Shown: one piece after another, positions 7,978-18,989 of the stretch
Numbering within the stretch: the first letter of the stretch is position 1
Layout: every line of letters begins with the position of its first letter
NCBI GenBank assembly: GCA_019057865.1
Contig: JAHLWP010000005.1
Location: forward strand, 1-64,000
DNA: 64,000 nt
Origin: Promethearchaeota archaeon
GTDB taxonomy: Archaea > Asgardarchaeota > Lokiarchaeia > Sigyniarchaeales > SOKP01
Direction of reading: 5' to 3'
Notes under the pieces: generated by a model
Told to the model about the DNA's origin: nothing
Seen by the model: only the letters and a program-made list of their open reading frames with translations
The model's database searches: none
Program-made: the position numbers and the translations under genes

Positions 7978-10269
7978 TTATTCAACTGGTCGAAAAATTC
8001 CTTTTTTTATTAAAGAAAGAATTGCTTCATAATCTTTTGGGGTACACACATTCTCAGGAAGTAAGTAAATAGTATGAAAGTAATTAAATTTATTTTGCTT
8101 CATAAAATCTAAAGCTCTTTTAATCATTTCTTTCTCATTTTGATTTAATTCAGCTTTTTTAGGCATTACGATTTGCAATGGATAAAGTAATGATATATTC
8201 AAATGCTTTTCCACTACATCCTTCATTCCTCGAAATGGTTGGAGATTTCCACTAAATTGATCAATTAATTTACCATAATTTTTGTATATATCATAAGCTA
8301 AAGATTCAATAGAGTATAAAAAGTTCTTAGAAGGATTTTCTTTCATTATTATGATTATTCTTAAATTTACAAATTCAACCATTAAAAGGATTGAGCCACG
8401 ATACTCTAATTTAATTGTTCGTGAGTCCTTAGTTCCTCCCAATACTTTTGTTCCAAAGTTATGCAATGCTTGTAGGTATCCCGCTATTAACGTTAAATCA
8501 AATTCTTTTTCTTCAAATGACTCTGCGTACAAATCAATACCGGATTTTTTATCAAGAACTATGATATATTTTAAATTCATAACATCGGTGCATTCTTCTA
8601 AAATTAGTTTTAATCTTTTTCTACCTCTTGTTTCGCGTTTTTTAAGGGTTGTATAACCTACGAATCCTATAAAAGCAGCAGCAATTACAATAATGCCGAT
8701 AATAAGAAATAATGAAAAATCAGGGGTAGACCCAGTAGAAACCGGGACAGAAGTGATTGTAAAACCTTGTGTTTGAACTCCTCCATCGGTTTGATTATTC
8801 CAATATAAATATGCAATATAGTTTCCTTCTAAAATACCTGAAGGTAAATCATAAGAAAATACATTATCATCAGGTGGAATAATCTTTTTTATTTCAAATT
8901 CAATAGAACCTAGGGGATCAATTAATTGAAATGTATAATTTCCAGGTAAAACAGGCGGGCTAATTGAAAATGCCAATTCTTCACCAACTTCAAATTCAGT
9001 TTTAATAGTATTGATATTAAAGTTAATGTTTGGAGAATAAGCTTTTATTTCCCATTCTGCTCCATCTGTAATTGCAATATTCGGTATGCATAAGAGATTT
9101 TCTATAGGATGGATTGTTACATTATTAGTTATATCTTCTAAATCTCTATAAATTGTAATATTCTCCCATTTTGAAGGATAATAGAATTTTACTGAACAAT
9201 TATTTGAATATCTTGTAATGGAAGGTCTTATTATCCATTCATTAGTAGAATTAACTTTAATTGTTAGTGAAGCAGGAGATGAAAAAATATTATGTGTATT
9301 CAAAAAGTAGTTTACATCGAAAATTAGATTTCCTGAATTATTATAAAAAACAGGAAGGTTAATTTGTTCACTATTAGGAGAAAAATCTAACGCTGTAAGT
9401 GGTAAATTGCCAGAACCTATAGATGACCCATTTTGAATTTCATAATATTCATTATCAATTTCAATTGTCATATTTATATCTTCTGGATAAACAGGAACTT
9501 CCGTTTCTCGAATTAATTTATATAAGAAGGGAGAATTTGATATTCCATTAGTCCAGATTTCGGTGTCAATAAATTGAGAGATTAACAAACTTGGGTATTT
9601 TGGATCAATATCATTATAATACCAATGATATCTATCATCTTCTGGAGCAATGATATTTGAACCATTTAAAACTAAAAAGTAATCTCCTTTTGGTAATGTT
9701 AAAGTTGAGGGGAAGGCTTGTAAATACCATCCTTCCACGTCTGATATATTAATGTCCATAGTCAAATATAGAGTATTATTAGGGATATCATTTACCGCAT
9801 CGTATCCTCTAATTTGAACTTGAATAATTTTAGGGGTAGTTCTAATTTCTTTCTTTCCATAAATGTATACACCTGAAAGTGTCTCGGATTCATTTAATTT
9901 AATTTGTACTGCTAAACCCCGTTGGTTGAAATTATCATTTTGAAAATAAATTTCATAGTATTTTCCAGAATAACTTTTATTTTCAATACTTTCTATCTGT
10001 GTGCCTAAATCTTTTATATTTGTGAAATTTAATTCAATATCTTCTATATTCCATGAAGAAGATGGCAATTTAACATCAATTGAATCCACATTATCATAGA
10101 AACCCTGATTAATTGAATTTTCTACCATTTCAAAATTTAAGTTAATATTGAGAGAATGCTCACTACCATTTGAGGAAATAACATCTAAGTTCTGAAATAA
10201 TACTGTAAATAGACTTAATAAGATTAAGAAAGTAAATCCTCTTTTTAATAAATTTTTTGTCTTCATCAT
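7978..10269 (-). CDS. Receptor-like type I membrane protein (signal peptide, beta-rich ectodomain, TM helix, cytoplasmic longin-like domain); paralog A
   Basis: It has an N-terminal hydrophobic signal, many NxS/T sequons and a single TM (FSLFLIIGIIVIAAAFIGFVGY) followed by KKR. The cytoplasmic part IIVLDKKSGIDLY...LIAGYLQALHNFG...IKLEY....ILL..F..LRIIIIMKE.PS is longin-like. It is collinear with the three genes at 25938-33071. Confidence 0.75.
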   Translation of the reverse strand: MMKTKNLLKRGFTFLILLSLFTVLFQNLDVISSNGSEHSLNINLNFEMVENSINQGFYDNVDSIDVKLPSSSWNIEDIELNFTNIKDLGTQIESIENKSYSGKYYEIYFQNDNFNQRGLAVQIKLNESETLSGVYIYGKKEIRTTPKIIQVQIRGYDAVNDIPNNTLYLTMDINISDVEGWYLQAFPSTLTLPKGDYFLVLNGSNIIAPEDDRYHWYYNDIDPKYPSLLISQFIDTEIWTNGISNSPFLYKLIRETEVPVYPEDINMTIEIDNEYYEIQNGSSIGSGNLPLTALDFSPNSEQINLPVFYNNSGNLIFDVNYFLNTHNIFSSPASLTIKVNSTNEWIIRPSITRYSNNCSVKFYYPSKWENITIYRDLEDITNNVTIHPIENLLCIPNIAITDGAEWEIKAYSPNINFNINTIKTEFEVGEELAFSISPPVLPGNYTFQLIDPLGSIEFEIKKIIPPDDNVFSYDLPSGILEGNYIAYLYWNNQTDGGVQTQGFTITSVPVSTGSTPDFSLFLIIGIIVIAAAFIGFVGYTTLKKRETRGRKRLKLILEECTDVMNLKYIIVLDKKSGIDLYAESFEEKEFDLTLIAGYLQALHNFGTKVLGGTKDSRTIKLEYRGSILLMVEFVNLRIIIIMKENPSKNFLYSIESLAYDIYKNYGKLIDQFSGNLQPFRGMKDVVEKHLNISLLYPLQIVMPKKAELNQNEKEMIKRALDFMKQNKFNYFHTIYLLPENVCTPKDYEAILSLIKKGIFRPVE

Positions 10270-10442
10270 TCCATTTAACTAGATTCTAGTTAAAATTCTT
10301 CTTTCTTATTAAAAAATTTTTGGTTTATATTCTATTATTAATTTTTAATGAAATAATGGATTTAGTATGTTATTTATACGTAAACATAAATAATTGTATT
10401 TTTATTTCATATTTAAAATTATAAAGAGAGATTTTAGGCGAT

Positions 10443-11234
10443 ATGAAGAATATAAAGATAAAAGTAGCTGTTTTATTAGGTTTTTTAATACTTATAGTTT
10501 CATTTCAGTTTGTGACTGCGGCAAATCAATATTCTGTGGAAGTTGGTGCTCATTTCAGGTGGGATGCTACAAAATATTTCTTTCAAAAAGACGGATTAGG
10601 TCCAGGCAATGATCTTGAGTAAACTCAAACTTATTACCTAGAGTTTAATTTCACAAATTGGGGTGATATTGGAGGTTTAGAGTATCTCAATGGAACGATT
10701 AATAATAATGGAACAGTTTTTGATGATGAAATTAGTCATGAATATTATTATGGGGGTACACCTTCACAGGGTTGGGTAACTGAAATCCTTGACACAATAG
10801 GTCCATATCCAGTGCATGTTTATTTAGTCTGCGACACTGAAATTGAACAAACTACAAAACCAGACCTACAGGACCTCGCTGACATTTCATGGCTTACATT
10901 TAATGAGCCCTCAACAAACAACTTTACTCTTACTGGTACTGACGTTGTTGGAGATGTTACTACCATTTATACAGGAAATATTGAGTTCAACTCAGATAAA
11001 GTCTTGAAATATGTGTATGATGAGTTAGAAATGAAAACCAGTGATGAAACACAAAATAGGATTGACCGATATGAATGGTCTCTCACATATACACCTGGGA
11101 CGGGTACCGAATCAAATGGAGGGAATGGTGGAAATATTCCAGGATTTCAGTTATATGTTGTCATTGCCGCAATTGCGATTGGCTTTATTCTGATAATAAG
11201 AAAAAAAAACCTTTCTAACATAAAAATAAATTAA
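10443..11234 (+). pseudogene. Secreted surface protein with a Loki/PGF-CTERM-type sorting signal, interrupted by an in-frame TAA at 10620-10622
   Basis: The ATG at 10443 gives a signal peptide (MKNIKIKVAVLLGFLILIVSFQFVTAA). After a single TAA the same frame continues (TQTYYLEFNFTNWG...) into the 10812..11234 ORF, which ends in a Gly-rich linker, IPGF, a TM helix and RKK. Confidence 0.8.
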
Positions 11235-11264
11235 TCCAATATTTTTTCTTAATTTTATTATTTA

Positions 11265-11483
11265 TTAATATCTTTTTTTCATCCATATTACATATTGTAT
11301 CCTTGTTAATAATAAAATACTACCGAGTAATAAAGCAATACCAATAGCCATCAATAATGGAGATGCTTTTTCTGGTGAGCTTATATATGAGATTACCCAG
11401 ATAATCAATAATACTATAGCTGTAATTATGATTATCAAAGAATAGTTCCTAATCTTGGTGTCAAATTTATCTAATTCTTCCAT
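11265..11483 (-). CDS. Small two-TM membrane protein, function unknown
   Basis: It has an ATG start, two hydrophobic helices and a basic C-terminus. Confidence 0.6.
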   Translation of the reverse strand: MEELDKFDTKIRNYSLIIIITAIVLLIIWVISYISSPEKASPLLMAIGIALLLGSILLLTRIQYVIWMKKRY

Positions 11484-11693
11484 TTTAACTTTAAATTTAC
11501 ACAGATTATTTGAATTATCTTTAAGATATGAAAGACTAAATGAATTAAAGTTAAATATATAAAAAAATATTTCCTTAAAGCATCTTGAAAATTAATTCTT
11601 GAAAAAATGTTAAAATATTTATTTATTTATTATATTTTCTCGTTTAACCAGCATAATCTATAATAGGATTTCTTAATTTGATAGGATTATAAT

Positions 11694-12182
11694 ATGCAGA
11701 ATAAAAATTTCTCATCATTGAAAGTTTCCCTTATAATACAAATAAATAATTTAATAACTATTTATGAGCAAAAGGCAGAATGTGGAATATTTTTTAAGCT
11801 TAATCAAGAAAAATCACCTTTAGACATTATTGGGGTATTAGATTTTTTAAAATACAAGATTAAAAAATGGGGAAATACAAATCTCTTCAGCTATCATGGT
11901 GATTTATTTAATGGCAGTACTATTCTTGTAGTTGGAGCAAGAAATCTTGAAGAAGCTATAAGCATAATGATTTATATGTTTTTAACTAACGTTGTAGATA
12001 ATGAGTACGAAATCAACAATCTAATCGAAAAATTAGGCTCTTCAAATGATATTGAACAGTATTTAAGAAACAACATTTCTAAAAACATAAAAAAAGGATA
12101 TCCAAGCAATTCAGACCTGGAAATGGAATTAAAAAATCATTTAGAAGGTCTTATTAAAAGTGAAAATAATTCTACAACCTAA
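11694..12182 (+). CDS. Hypothetical protein
   Basis: A 162-aa ORF with normal codon usage that fills the gap between genes; no recognised motif. Confidence 0.6.
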   Translation: MQNKNFSSLKVSLIIQINNLITIYEQKAECGIFFKLNQEKSPLDIIGVLDFLKYKIKKWGNTNLFSYHGDLFNGSTILVVGARNLEEAISIMIYMFLTNVVDNEYEINNLIEKLGSSNDIEQYLRNNISKNIKKGYPSNSDLEMELKNHLEGLIKSENNSTT

Positions 12183-12209
12183 ATTTAAGAACCATATTTA
12201 TTAATTCTA

Positions 12210-13493
12210 TTAAATCTGCTCTTTTTTAATATTTCGTGACAGATACAATAAAATGAAGAAAACTAATAGCCCTAAAAATATCAGAAAATTGTGTATTGCA
12301 TATAGTTGAATTTCTACAACGTATCCTGCTATTATAGGAGTTACCCCAAATCCCATTCCTACTATAATTTCATTAATGGTTGCATATCTTGTTGAGTTCT
12401 CAGCTGTTCCATATTCAAGCATGATTTTCATTCCAACTCCATGTATTAATCCTAAGAAAAGCCCAATAATAGCTGTTATAATCGAAATATACCAGATATT
12501 TCCCAAAAGAACAACTGTGAATGCAATTAGGGCCACTGCTATAACACTTACCAGAGTGGCTATTTTTCTACTATAGATTTTCATTGAATTTATCCAGGTT
12601 AAACCTAATAATTGCATAAATTGTGTTCCACATTGTACAAGATAGGTTAGATAAGAAAATTCATTAGATAAAAGGGCTTTTAGAAGAATAGGATAGCCAA
12701 AAATAAAAATTGATTTTGATATTGTTAAAAACATTATACAAATCCATGAAAAGAGTACAGAGTATACAATCATAGGTGTTTGTGAGTTGACTACTAAATC
12801 TTCTTTAATATCTAAGTGAGAAAGGGGGTCTTCTGATTGATAAATTACGCTTTCTTTTAAAATAGCAGGACTTTTTTCCTTTTGTATGAAGAAACTTAAA
12901 GGGATTAATAGAAATGATAATAACCAAGAAATTATCATTGCAGAATAATCATTCAAAGAAAATGCCCAAAGAAAACCGACAAGAAGCCCTATTATAAAAC
13001 CAGAATTCCAAGAAAGGTTAAACATTGCAAAATTCTTCTTAGATTTTTCAATACTACTTACTTTTTGCCACTTACTTAATAGAATAAGACAATTTGGCCA
13101 AAATAATCCCAATGTTAATCCTAATAATACACGACAGATAATTAAAAACCAAGCCACAGGGTATAATATTTGAGCTACCGTTAGAAAAGGAGTTAAAATT
13201 GAGCTTAAAATAAGCGCTTTTCGAATCCCTAAAAATCTTTTTGTTAGTAATTGTCCTATTATCGGTGCAACAATGTAAATGAGTGCTCCCGCAGATGATA
13301 TGAAACCTAAAGTACTTGCTCTAATATCTATTACAAAATAGAGATAATTTAACAGAGCTCTTTCAAAAATTGAAACATAAAATAGCCTAACAAAGGCAAG
13401 CAAAAATATTGGCCACGCTCGATAACCTTCCACAGAATAATTGGTAATAACCTTATTATCTTGATATGTAGGAGATTTTCTCGAGGTTTCCAT
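12210..13493 (-). CDS. MFS transporter
   Basis: About 12 TM helices in two halves separated by a hydrophilic loop, with motif-B-like CRVLLGLTLG. Confidence 0.8.
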   Translation of the reverse strand: METSRKSPTYQDNKVITNYSVEGYRAWPIFLLAFVRLFYVSIFERALLNYLYFVIDIRASTLGFISSAGALIYIVAPIIGQLLTKRFLGIRKALILSSILTPFLTVAQILYPVAWFLIICRVLLGLTLGLFWPNCLILLSKWQKVSSIEKSKKNFAMFNLSWNSGFIIGLLVGFLWAFSLNDYSAMIISWLLSFLLIPLSFFIQKEKSPAILKESVIYQSEDPLSHLDIKEDLVVNSQTPMIVYSVLFSWICIMFLTISKSIFIFGYPILLKALLSNEFSYLTYLVQCGTQFMQLLGLTWINSMKIYSRKIATLVSVIAVALIAFTVVLLGNIWYISIITAIIGLFLGLIHGVGMKIMLEYGTAENSTRYATINEIIVGMGFGVTPIIAGYVVEIQLYAIHNFLIFLGLLVFFILLYLSRNIKKEQI

Positions 13494-13704
13494 TATTCAA
13501 TGCCTTTTTCAATTTAATTAAAAATTAAAATAGTACTTTCCTCAAATATTTTCTTAAAATTCAAAAAGGTTCGAAATGTATTTGGATATCATTAAATATA
13601 ATTAATTTAAACTTGAATTTGAAAATGAGCTTAGATAAGGAATTTTTGGGATTGATATGTGAAAAGTATTAACAATAGTATACAATTGATTTATTATGCT
13701 TTTA

Positions 13705-14544
13705 TTAAAAGATATTAAATCCAGCATTTTTGAATGCTTGAATTTGTTTTTTATTCAATTCGACCATTGCCTTAGAGGGGTAACGCAATTTAAATAAGAA
13801 CTGGGCATGATTCCTTATCTCTAACTTTTTCATCATTTGTTTAACCAGTTTTATCCAACTAGTTTTATGTTGTTTACTTGCCTCAATAACTTCAATATAA
13901 GCTTTTTCAAGATATTTATCTACATTTTCATCGAAATCCCCATATTTATTATTATAAGCTTCTGCTATCTCGTCATCACTTAAAATTTTGTATTTTTCAT
14001 TATGAGCAATTAAGTTATGTTTTAATTTAGGTATATTTTTTGGAATAGATTCGGGATATCCTATTGATAAAACCATCATAGGAAGTACATACTTAGGTAT
14101 TGAAAAATATTCCCTCACATCATCAATCTTAGATTGAATTGAGCCCACGTAAACGGATCCGAGTCCATAACTTTCAGCTAAGATGACAACATTTTGGGCA
14201 GCGCCCATAAGATCAGCATAGGCAATTAAAAAATGCGAAAGCGAATTTTCTCCTTGAAAGTCCGTATCAGACTTGAGTGTCCATTTTTTTATCCTATAAA
14301 AATCAATACAAAAAATCATGGATAGAGGCGCATTTTCAACCCATGGTTGACCTCCAACAAATTCTGTTAGTTTTTTCCTTCCCTCGACCTTTTGTATAAT
14401 GATAATTGATATAGGTTGTATATTTCCTCCTGATGGAGCATTATTAGCAACTTGGACAAGGTTATTAATGATCTCGTCTGGAATTTTTGTATCTTTAAAG
14501 CATCTAACAGATCGACGTTTGATCATTAAATCAAAAAGATTCAT
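13705..14544 (-). CDS. Nitroreductase, NfsA/FRP-like flavin oxidoreductase
   Basis: RRSVRCF, APSGGNIQP, GQPWVENAP..MIFCIDF and AAQN....AESYGLGSVYVG. Confidence 0.9.
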   Translation of the reverse strand: MNLFDLMIKRRSVRCFKDTKIPDEIINNLVQVANNAPSGGNIQPISIIIIQKVEGRKKLTEFVGGQPWVENAPLSMIFCIDFYRIKKWTLKSDTDFQGENSLSHFLIAYADLMGAAQNVVILAESYGLGSVYVGSIQSKIDDVREYFSIPKYVLPMMVLSIGYPESIPKNIPKLKHNLIAHNEKYKILSDDEIAEAYNNKYGDFDENVDKYLEKAYIEVIEASKQHKTSWIKLVKQMMKKLEIRNHAQFLFKLRYPSKAMVELNKKQIQAFKNAGFNIF

Positions 14545-14653
14545 AATTCATCTGAAATATAGATATCATTTTAGTTTATGTATATCCTACTTAAACGAAA
14601 AATTAATATTTCTTAACATATCTATTTACAAAAACAATAATATTTAGATTATT

Positions 14654-15871
14654 ATGAAGTATCGAAAAATGGGTTCATTGGATTGGGAAGTATCTGCTTT
14701 AGGTTTTGGGGCTATGCGATTGCCAGTGAATCAGCAATTCAAGATTATTGAAGAAGAAGCAATTAAGATGATTCGTTATGCAATTGATCATGATGTAAAT
14801 TATATTGACACAGCATATCCATATCATGATGGTTATAGCGAAGTACTAGTAGGAAAAGCATTAAAAGATGGTTATCGTGAAAAAGTTAATCTCACTACAA
14901 AGCTACCTATTTGGTTAGTTAAGGAAAGAGAGGATTTTGACAAATATCTTAATGAACAAATTGGAAGATTACAAACAAATCCAGATATTTATCTATTCCA
15001 TGGATTAAACAAAGGACGATTAGAAAAAATTAAAAAGTTTAATTTAATCGAAAAAATGGAAGAAGCTAGAGATATTGGCTTATTTCAATACATAGGTTTC
15101 TCATTTCATGATAGTTTTGAAGTATTTCAAGAGATAATTGATTATTATGATTGGGACTGTTGTCAAATCCAACATAATTATCTAGATATCGATTATCAAG
15201 CAGGTACTAAAGGATTAAAATATGCTGGAAGTAAAAACATTGCTGTTATTATTATGGAACCAATTCGTGGCGGGAAATTGGCTATTCCAGAGAATAAATT
15301 AGAGACAAAGCCAGAGATTAAGGAAGTATTGGAAAATTCAAATGTAAAAAGGAGTATGGCTGATTGGGCTTTACAATTCCTTTGGAATCAACCTGAAGTT
15401 TCAGTTGTATTAAGTGGTATGAGTACTATGCAACAAGTTATAGAAAATGTAGAATCTGCTGATAAATCAGGAATTAATATTCTATCTGAAGAAGAATTAC
15501 AAACAATTTCTAATTTGCGAAAAGCATACAAGAAATATGATATAGTACTTTGCACAAGTTGTGGATATTGTATGCCCTGCCCAAATGGAGTAACTATTCC
15601 AAGCGTTCTAATGTTAATGAATGAAATTGCATATTGGGGTGAAAGACGTAAACCAAGAATTGCATTTTTTTATAATAGAATGGCTAAAACCCGAGAAGAT
15701 TTAGAAAAAAAGATATCAGAAGGAGAAGAAGCTGAAGGAGCAGCCTCTCTATGTATCCAATGTGAGGAATGTCTGGATAAATGCCCACAACAAATTGGTA
15801 TTCCAGATATAATGGAAAAGGCAAACGCTATTTTTAAAGATAACAAAAAAGTCTCAGAAGTTCTAGAATAA
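14654..15871 (+). CDS. Aldo/keto reductase with a C-terminal 4Fe-4S dicluster domain
   Basis: LGFGAMRLP, NYIDTAYPYH, IGFSFH and MEPIRGG, plus the cluster motifs CTSCGYCMPCP and CIQCEECLDKCPQ. Confidence 0.92.
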   Translation: MKYRKMGSLDWEVSALGFGAMRLPVNQQFKIIEEEAIKMIRYAIDHDVNYIDTAYPYHDGYSEVLVGKALKDGYREKVNLTTKLPIWLVKEREDFDKYLNEQIGRLQTNPDIYLFHGLNKGRLEKIKKFNLIEKMEEARDIGLFQYIGFSFHDSFEVFQEIIDYYDWDCCQIQHNYLDIDYQAGTKGLKYAGSKNIAVIIMEPIRGGKLAIPENKLETKPEIKEVLENSNVKRSMADWALQFLWNQPEVSVVLSGMSTMQQVIENVESADKSGINILSEEELQTISNLRKAYKKYDIVLCTSCGYCMPCPNGVTIPSVLMLMNEIAYWGERRKPRIAFFYNRMAKTREDLEKKISEGEEAEGAASLCIQCEECLDKCPQQIGIPDIMEKANAIFKDNKKVSEVLE

Positions 15872-16011
15872 AATAATTTACTTACTACTTTTTAGAACTT
15901 ATTATTAATTATTTAGTTTTAATAGATTGTTTATAGATAAGTTTCAACTAATGATTAAGTTATGAAACTTAAATTATACCAGAGGATTTCTTAAATTTTG
16001 AAAGTTCAATC

Positions 16012-17184
16012 TTAATCTTTCCTTTTATAACTTTTCTTAATAAGATTGATCACCTCTTCTAGATTCGGAACTCTTGGATGTATTGAATAATTCCGAAGTT
16101 TTAATGTATCATTGGCTATTGCTTCGAATTCGCTTTCAGGTACATTTTTGTCCTTTAAATTCATCCACATACCAATTTTTTTTAGGAATAAATTAATTTC
16201 ATTGCAACATTTCTCAGCTGCAACCTTATCAGATTCATTTTTTAAATCATGGTTAAAGAGACGACCTACAATCGCAAATTTAGGAATTGCATGTTCCCAT
16301 GTCCATTGATTAATTTCAGGGTACATGATTGCAAGACTCTCTCCATGCATTATTTCGGAAACGTGCCCTCCAATTGCCATACTTATTCCATGAGGAAGTG
16401 TCGTTCCTATATTTGTAATTGAAATCCCACCAAGAGTAGCTGTATATGAGAGTGCCTCTCGTGCCTCCCTATCTGATCCATTTTTAATTGCAAGAGGAAG
16501 GTATTTAATAACCTTTTTTAACGAATCGATTGCCAAAAGATCGATAAAATCGGAAGCATTCTTGTTTAATAGACTTTCAAATGAGTGACAAAAAGCGTCA
16601 AAACCAGTTGATGCTGTAATATGTGGTGGAACAGTGAGTGTGAGTTCAGGATCAATAAAGCTAACCCTCGGAGTAAGTGTCCAATCAGCAAGCACACTTT
16701 TAAATTTTTCATCAGGATTTTTTATAACTGACATATTAGTAACCTCTGCTCCTGTACCTGCTGTAGTTGGAACTGCTATAATTGGAAGTACTTTTTTACT
16801 TTCAAATCGTTGTTGTCCTAAACGGTAATTCCACACATCACCTTCATGTGTAGCGCCAACAGCAATAGCTTTTGCAGTATCAATACTAGAACCGCCCCCT
16901 ACTCCTAAAACAACGTCAATTTTATTATATTTAGCCATCTCCGAGCCTATATTTACACAATCGTTTGTAGGATTGGGTATAACCCCATCAAAATGAAATA
17001 TTTCTATTCCTGCTTCAATGCATAAACTTTTTACTTTTTCAAAGACATGTTCTAAAGCAGGAAATGGTTTAACAGTAACCAATAAACATCTTTTTCCCAT
17101 TCTTGCAATAACCCTCCCTATCTCATTTACACCCCCCCATCCAAATCTAATCCGAGTTGGCTGATAAAAGTTGAAATTTCTCAT
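16012..17184 (-). CDS. Iron-containing alcohol dehydrogenase
   Basis: GVGGGSSIDTAK, PTTAGTGAEVT, GFDAFCHSFES and the His ligands in LPHG and MHGE. Confidence 0.93.
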   Translation of the reverse strand: MRNFNFYQPTRIRFGWGGVNEIGRVIARMGKRCLLVTVKPFPALEHVFEKVKSLCIEAGIEIFHFDGVIPNPTNDCVNIGSEMAKYNKIDVVLGVGGGSSIDTAKAIAVGATHEGDVWNYRLGQQRFESKKVLPIIAVPTTAGTGAEVTNMSVIKNPDEKFKSVLADWTLTPRVSFIDPELTLTVPPHITASTGFDAFCHSFESLLNKNASDFIDLLAIDSLKKVIKYLPLAIKNGSDREAREALSYTATLGGISITNIGTTLPHGISMAIGGHVSEIMHGESLAIMYPEINQWTWEHAIPKFAIVGRLFNHDLKNESDKVAAEKCCNEINLFLKKIGMWMNLKDKNVPESEFEAIANDTLKLRNYSIHPRVPNLEEVINLIKKSYKRKD

Positions 17185-17521
17185 ATTCTTTCCTCCATTA
17201 CTTAAAAAAATTAAAAAATTTTAATTTGCATAGTTTTTTACCCTTTTTTAGTATTATATCCTTATTAATATCCTATCCTATATTATTTTTATTTTGAAAC
17301 AAAAGATTATATAGATAAGAGATATCCAATTCAAAAAAATTAAAAATTTCAGAAGTTTGAAGTGATTAATTCACTTACAATTTTTTATTATATTTTTTTC
17401 TTTCCTTTTGTAACTATTTCTAAAAAGTTTAGCGGATTGGATGTTAAAAAGTTGAATAAATGAAGATCATATAAATAAGTGATAAGCAATTCATAAAAAT
17501 AAATAAATTTAGAATTTTGAA

Positions 17522-18430
17522 GTGTTTAAATTGGTTGAAGTTCATAAAATTGTGAATCCTAAAATTGAAGTAGATCTTGATGTTTGTACTAAATGTAAAG
17601 TATGCACACGTGCATGCCCTTTAAGACTTTACTACTTTAGAGATGATAATCTAGTAATGAGACGGTCTACTGAAATTTTATGTATGGAATGTGGACATTG
17701 TTTTGCAGTTTGTCCAGTTGGTGCAATTAAATTAAAGAATTATCCAGCTGAAGAGATAATAGAGATTTCAGAAGGTTTTGAAATACCATCTTATAAAGAT
17801 TTAATGAATTTAATCAAATCTCGAAGATCTATAAGAAATTTTAAATCTGAACCAATTCCAGAAGATTTATGGAATAAACTTCTTGAAGCAGGAAAATATT
17901 CTCCTACAGGTCATAATGATCAACTGGTAAATTTTACAATTTTGCGTGATCCTGAACTTTTGAAAAATTTTTCAAATGAAATTACAAAGGGATTGATTAA
18001 ACTTTCTAAAATTTATGCTGAACGGAGTAAATGGAAAGAATTTAGAAAGTCAATTGAAAAGAGCTCTCTAAAGATAATTGGAGGTATACTTCCAAATTTT
18101 AGTGATATGCTTAAGGGTATTGAACGAGGTGAAGAATTTTGGCGCTGGAATGGAGAATTAATTATTATTCATGCAGCTAAAAAAACATTTACATTAATTC
18201 AAGATTGTTCTGTAGCAGCTAGCAACATCATGTTAGCAGCAGAATCATTGGGATTAGGAACATGTTCGTTGGGAATTGCAACAGTCGCTATAAATGAGTT
18301 TGAGAATGTTGCTAAAGTAATTCAAATTCCACAAAATCATGTAGTAGGTTATACTTTAGCAGTTGGATTCCCTCGAGTAAAATATTATCGAATACCACCT
18401 CGCAGGTCAGCAAAAGTAAAGTGGCTTTAA
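17522..18430 (+). CDS. Nitroreductase with an N-terminal 2x[4Fe-4S] ferredoxin domain
   Basis: Cluster motifs CTKCKVCTRACP and CMECGHCFAVCP, then SRRSIRNF, SPTGHNDQ and LAAESLGLGTC. Confidence 0.92.
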   Translation: MFKLVEVHKIVNPKIEVDLDVCTKCKVCTRACPLRLYYFRDDNLVMRRSTEILCMECGHCFAVCPVGAIKLKNYPAEEIIEISEGFEIPSYKDLMNLIKSRRSIRNFKSEPIPEDLWNKLLEAGKYSPTGHNDQLVNFTILRDPELLKNFSNEITKGLIKLSKIYAERSKWKEFRKSIEKSSLKIIGGILPNFSDMLKGIERGEEFWRWNGELIIIHAAKKTFTLIQDCSVAASNIMLAAESLGLGTCSLGIATVAINEFENVAKVIQIPQNHVVGYTLAVGFPRVKYYRIPPRRSAKVKWL

Positions 18431-18477
18431 ATAATGCTTATAAAAAAAAATTGTTAATTTTATAAAAAATATTATCT

Positions 18478-18816
18478 TTAGATGGTTTTTATCATTATCA
18501 ACATCATCTTATACTTTTCGAGCGCTTTTAATGCGTGGGGTTCATTTGCAGGCATGATAATCATTTGACCTTTCTCTAAAATATAATCTTTTTTAGAAAT
18601 TGTAATTTTAGCTTTTCCATCGAATATATATACAAGAGCATCAAATGGGGTAGTATGTTCGCTTAATCCCTCACCCTTATCAAAAGAGAATAAGGTGACT
18701 GTACCTTCCTCCTTATTTATTAGAGTTCTACTAACAACTGAGCCTTCTTGATAATCCAGCATTTCATCTAAATTATGTATTTTTACTTTTTCCTTAATCA
18801 AATCCTTGTTTGTCAA
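18478..18816 (-). CDS. Cupin domain protein
   Basis: VVSRTL, TLFSFDKGEGLSEHTTPFDA and MPANEPHALKA. Confidence 0.9.
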   Translation of the reverse strand: MTNKDLIKEKVKIHNLDEMLDYQEGSVVSRTLINKEEGTVTLFSFDKGEGLSEHTTPFDALVYIFDGKAKITISKKDYILEKGQMIIMPANEPHALKALEKYKMMLIMIKTI

Positions 18817-18989
18817 ATTTCTTTCACATCCAAATTATCGAATTTTTTAATTAAATAAGGAAAGTTTACATATAAAATTAAATTCGAACATGTTTTATTA
18901 AAAATAAATAATTTCACCTCTATAATAATGTGTATTAATTAAATTTGATATTTGCTATTAAAGTATATTTGAAAATCAAGTGATATTTA

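Noticed and set aside
10394-10612. 72-aa ORF in the track upstream of the CTERM protein
   Set aside because: It is in the wrong frame. The real coding frame starts at ATG 10443 (signal peptide) and continues past the TAA into the 10812 ORF.
10620-10622. Possible selenocysteine or pyrrolysine recoding of the in-frame stop
   Set aside because: The codon is TAA, not TGA or TAG, and the context is not a redox or methyltransferase active site.
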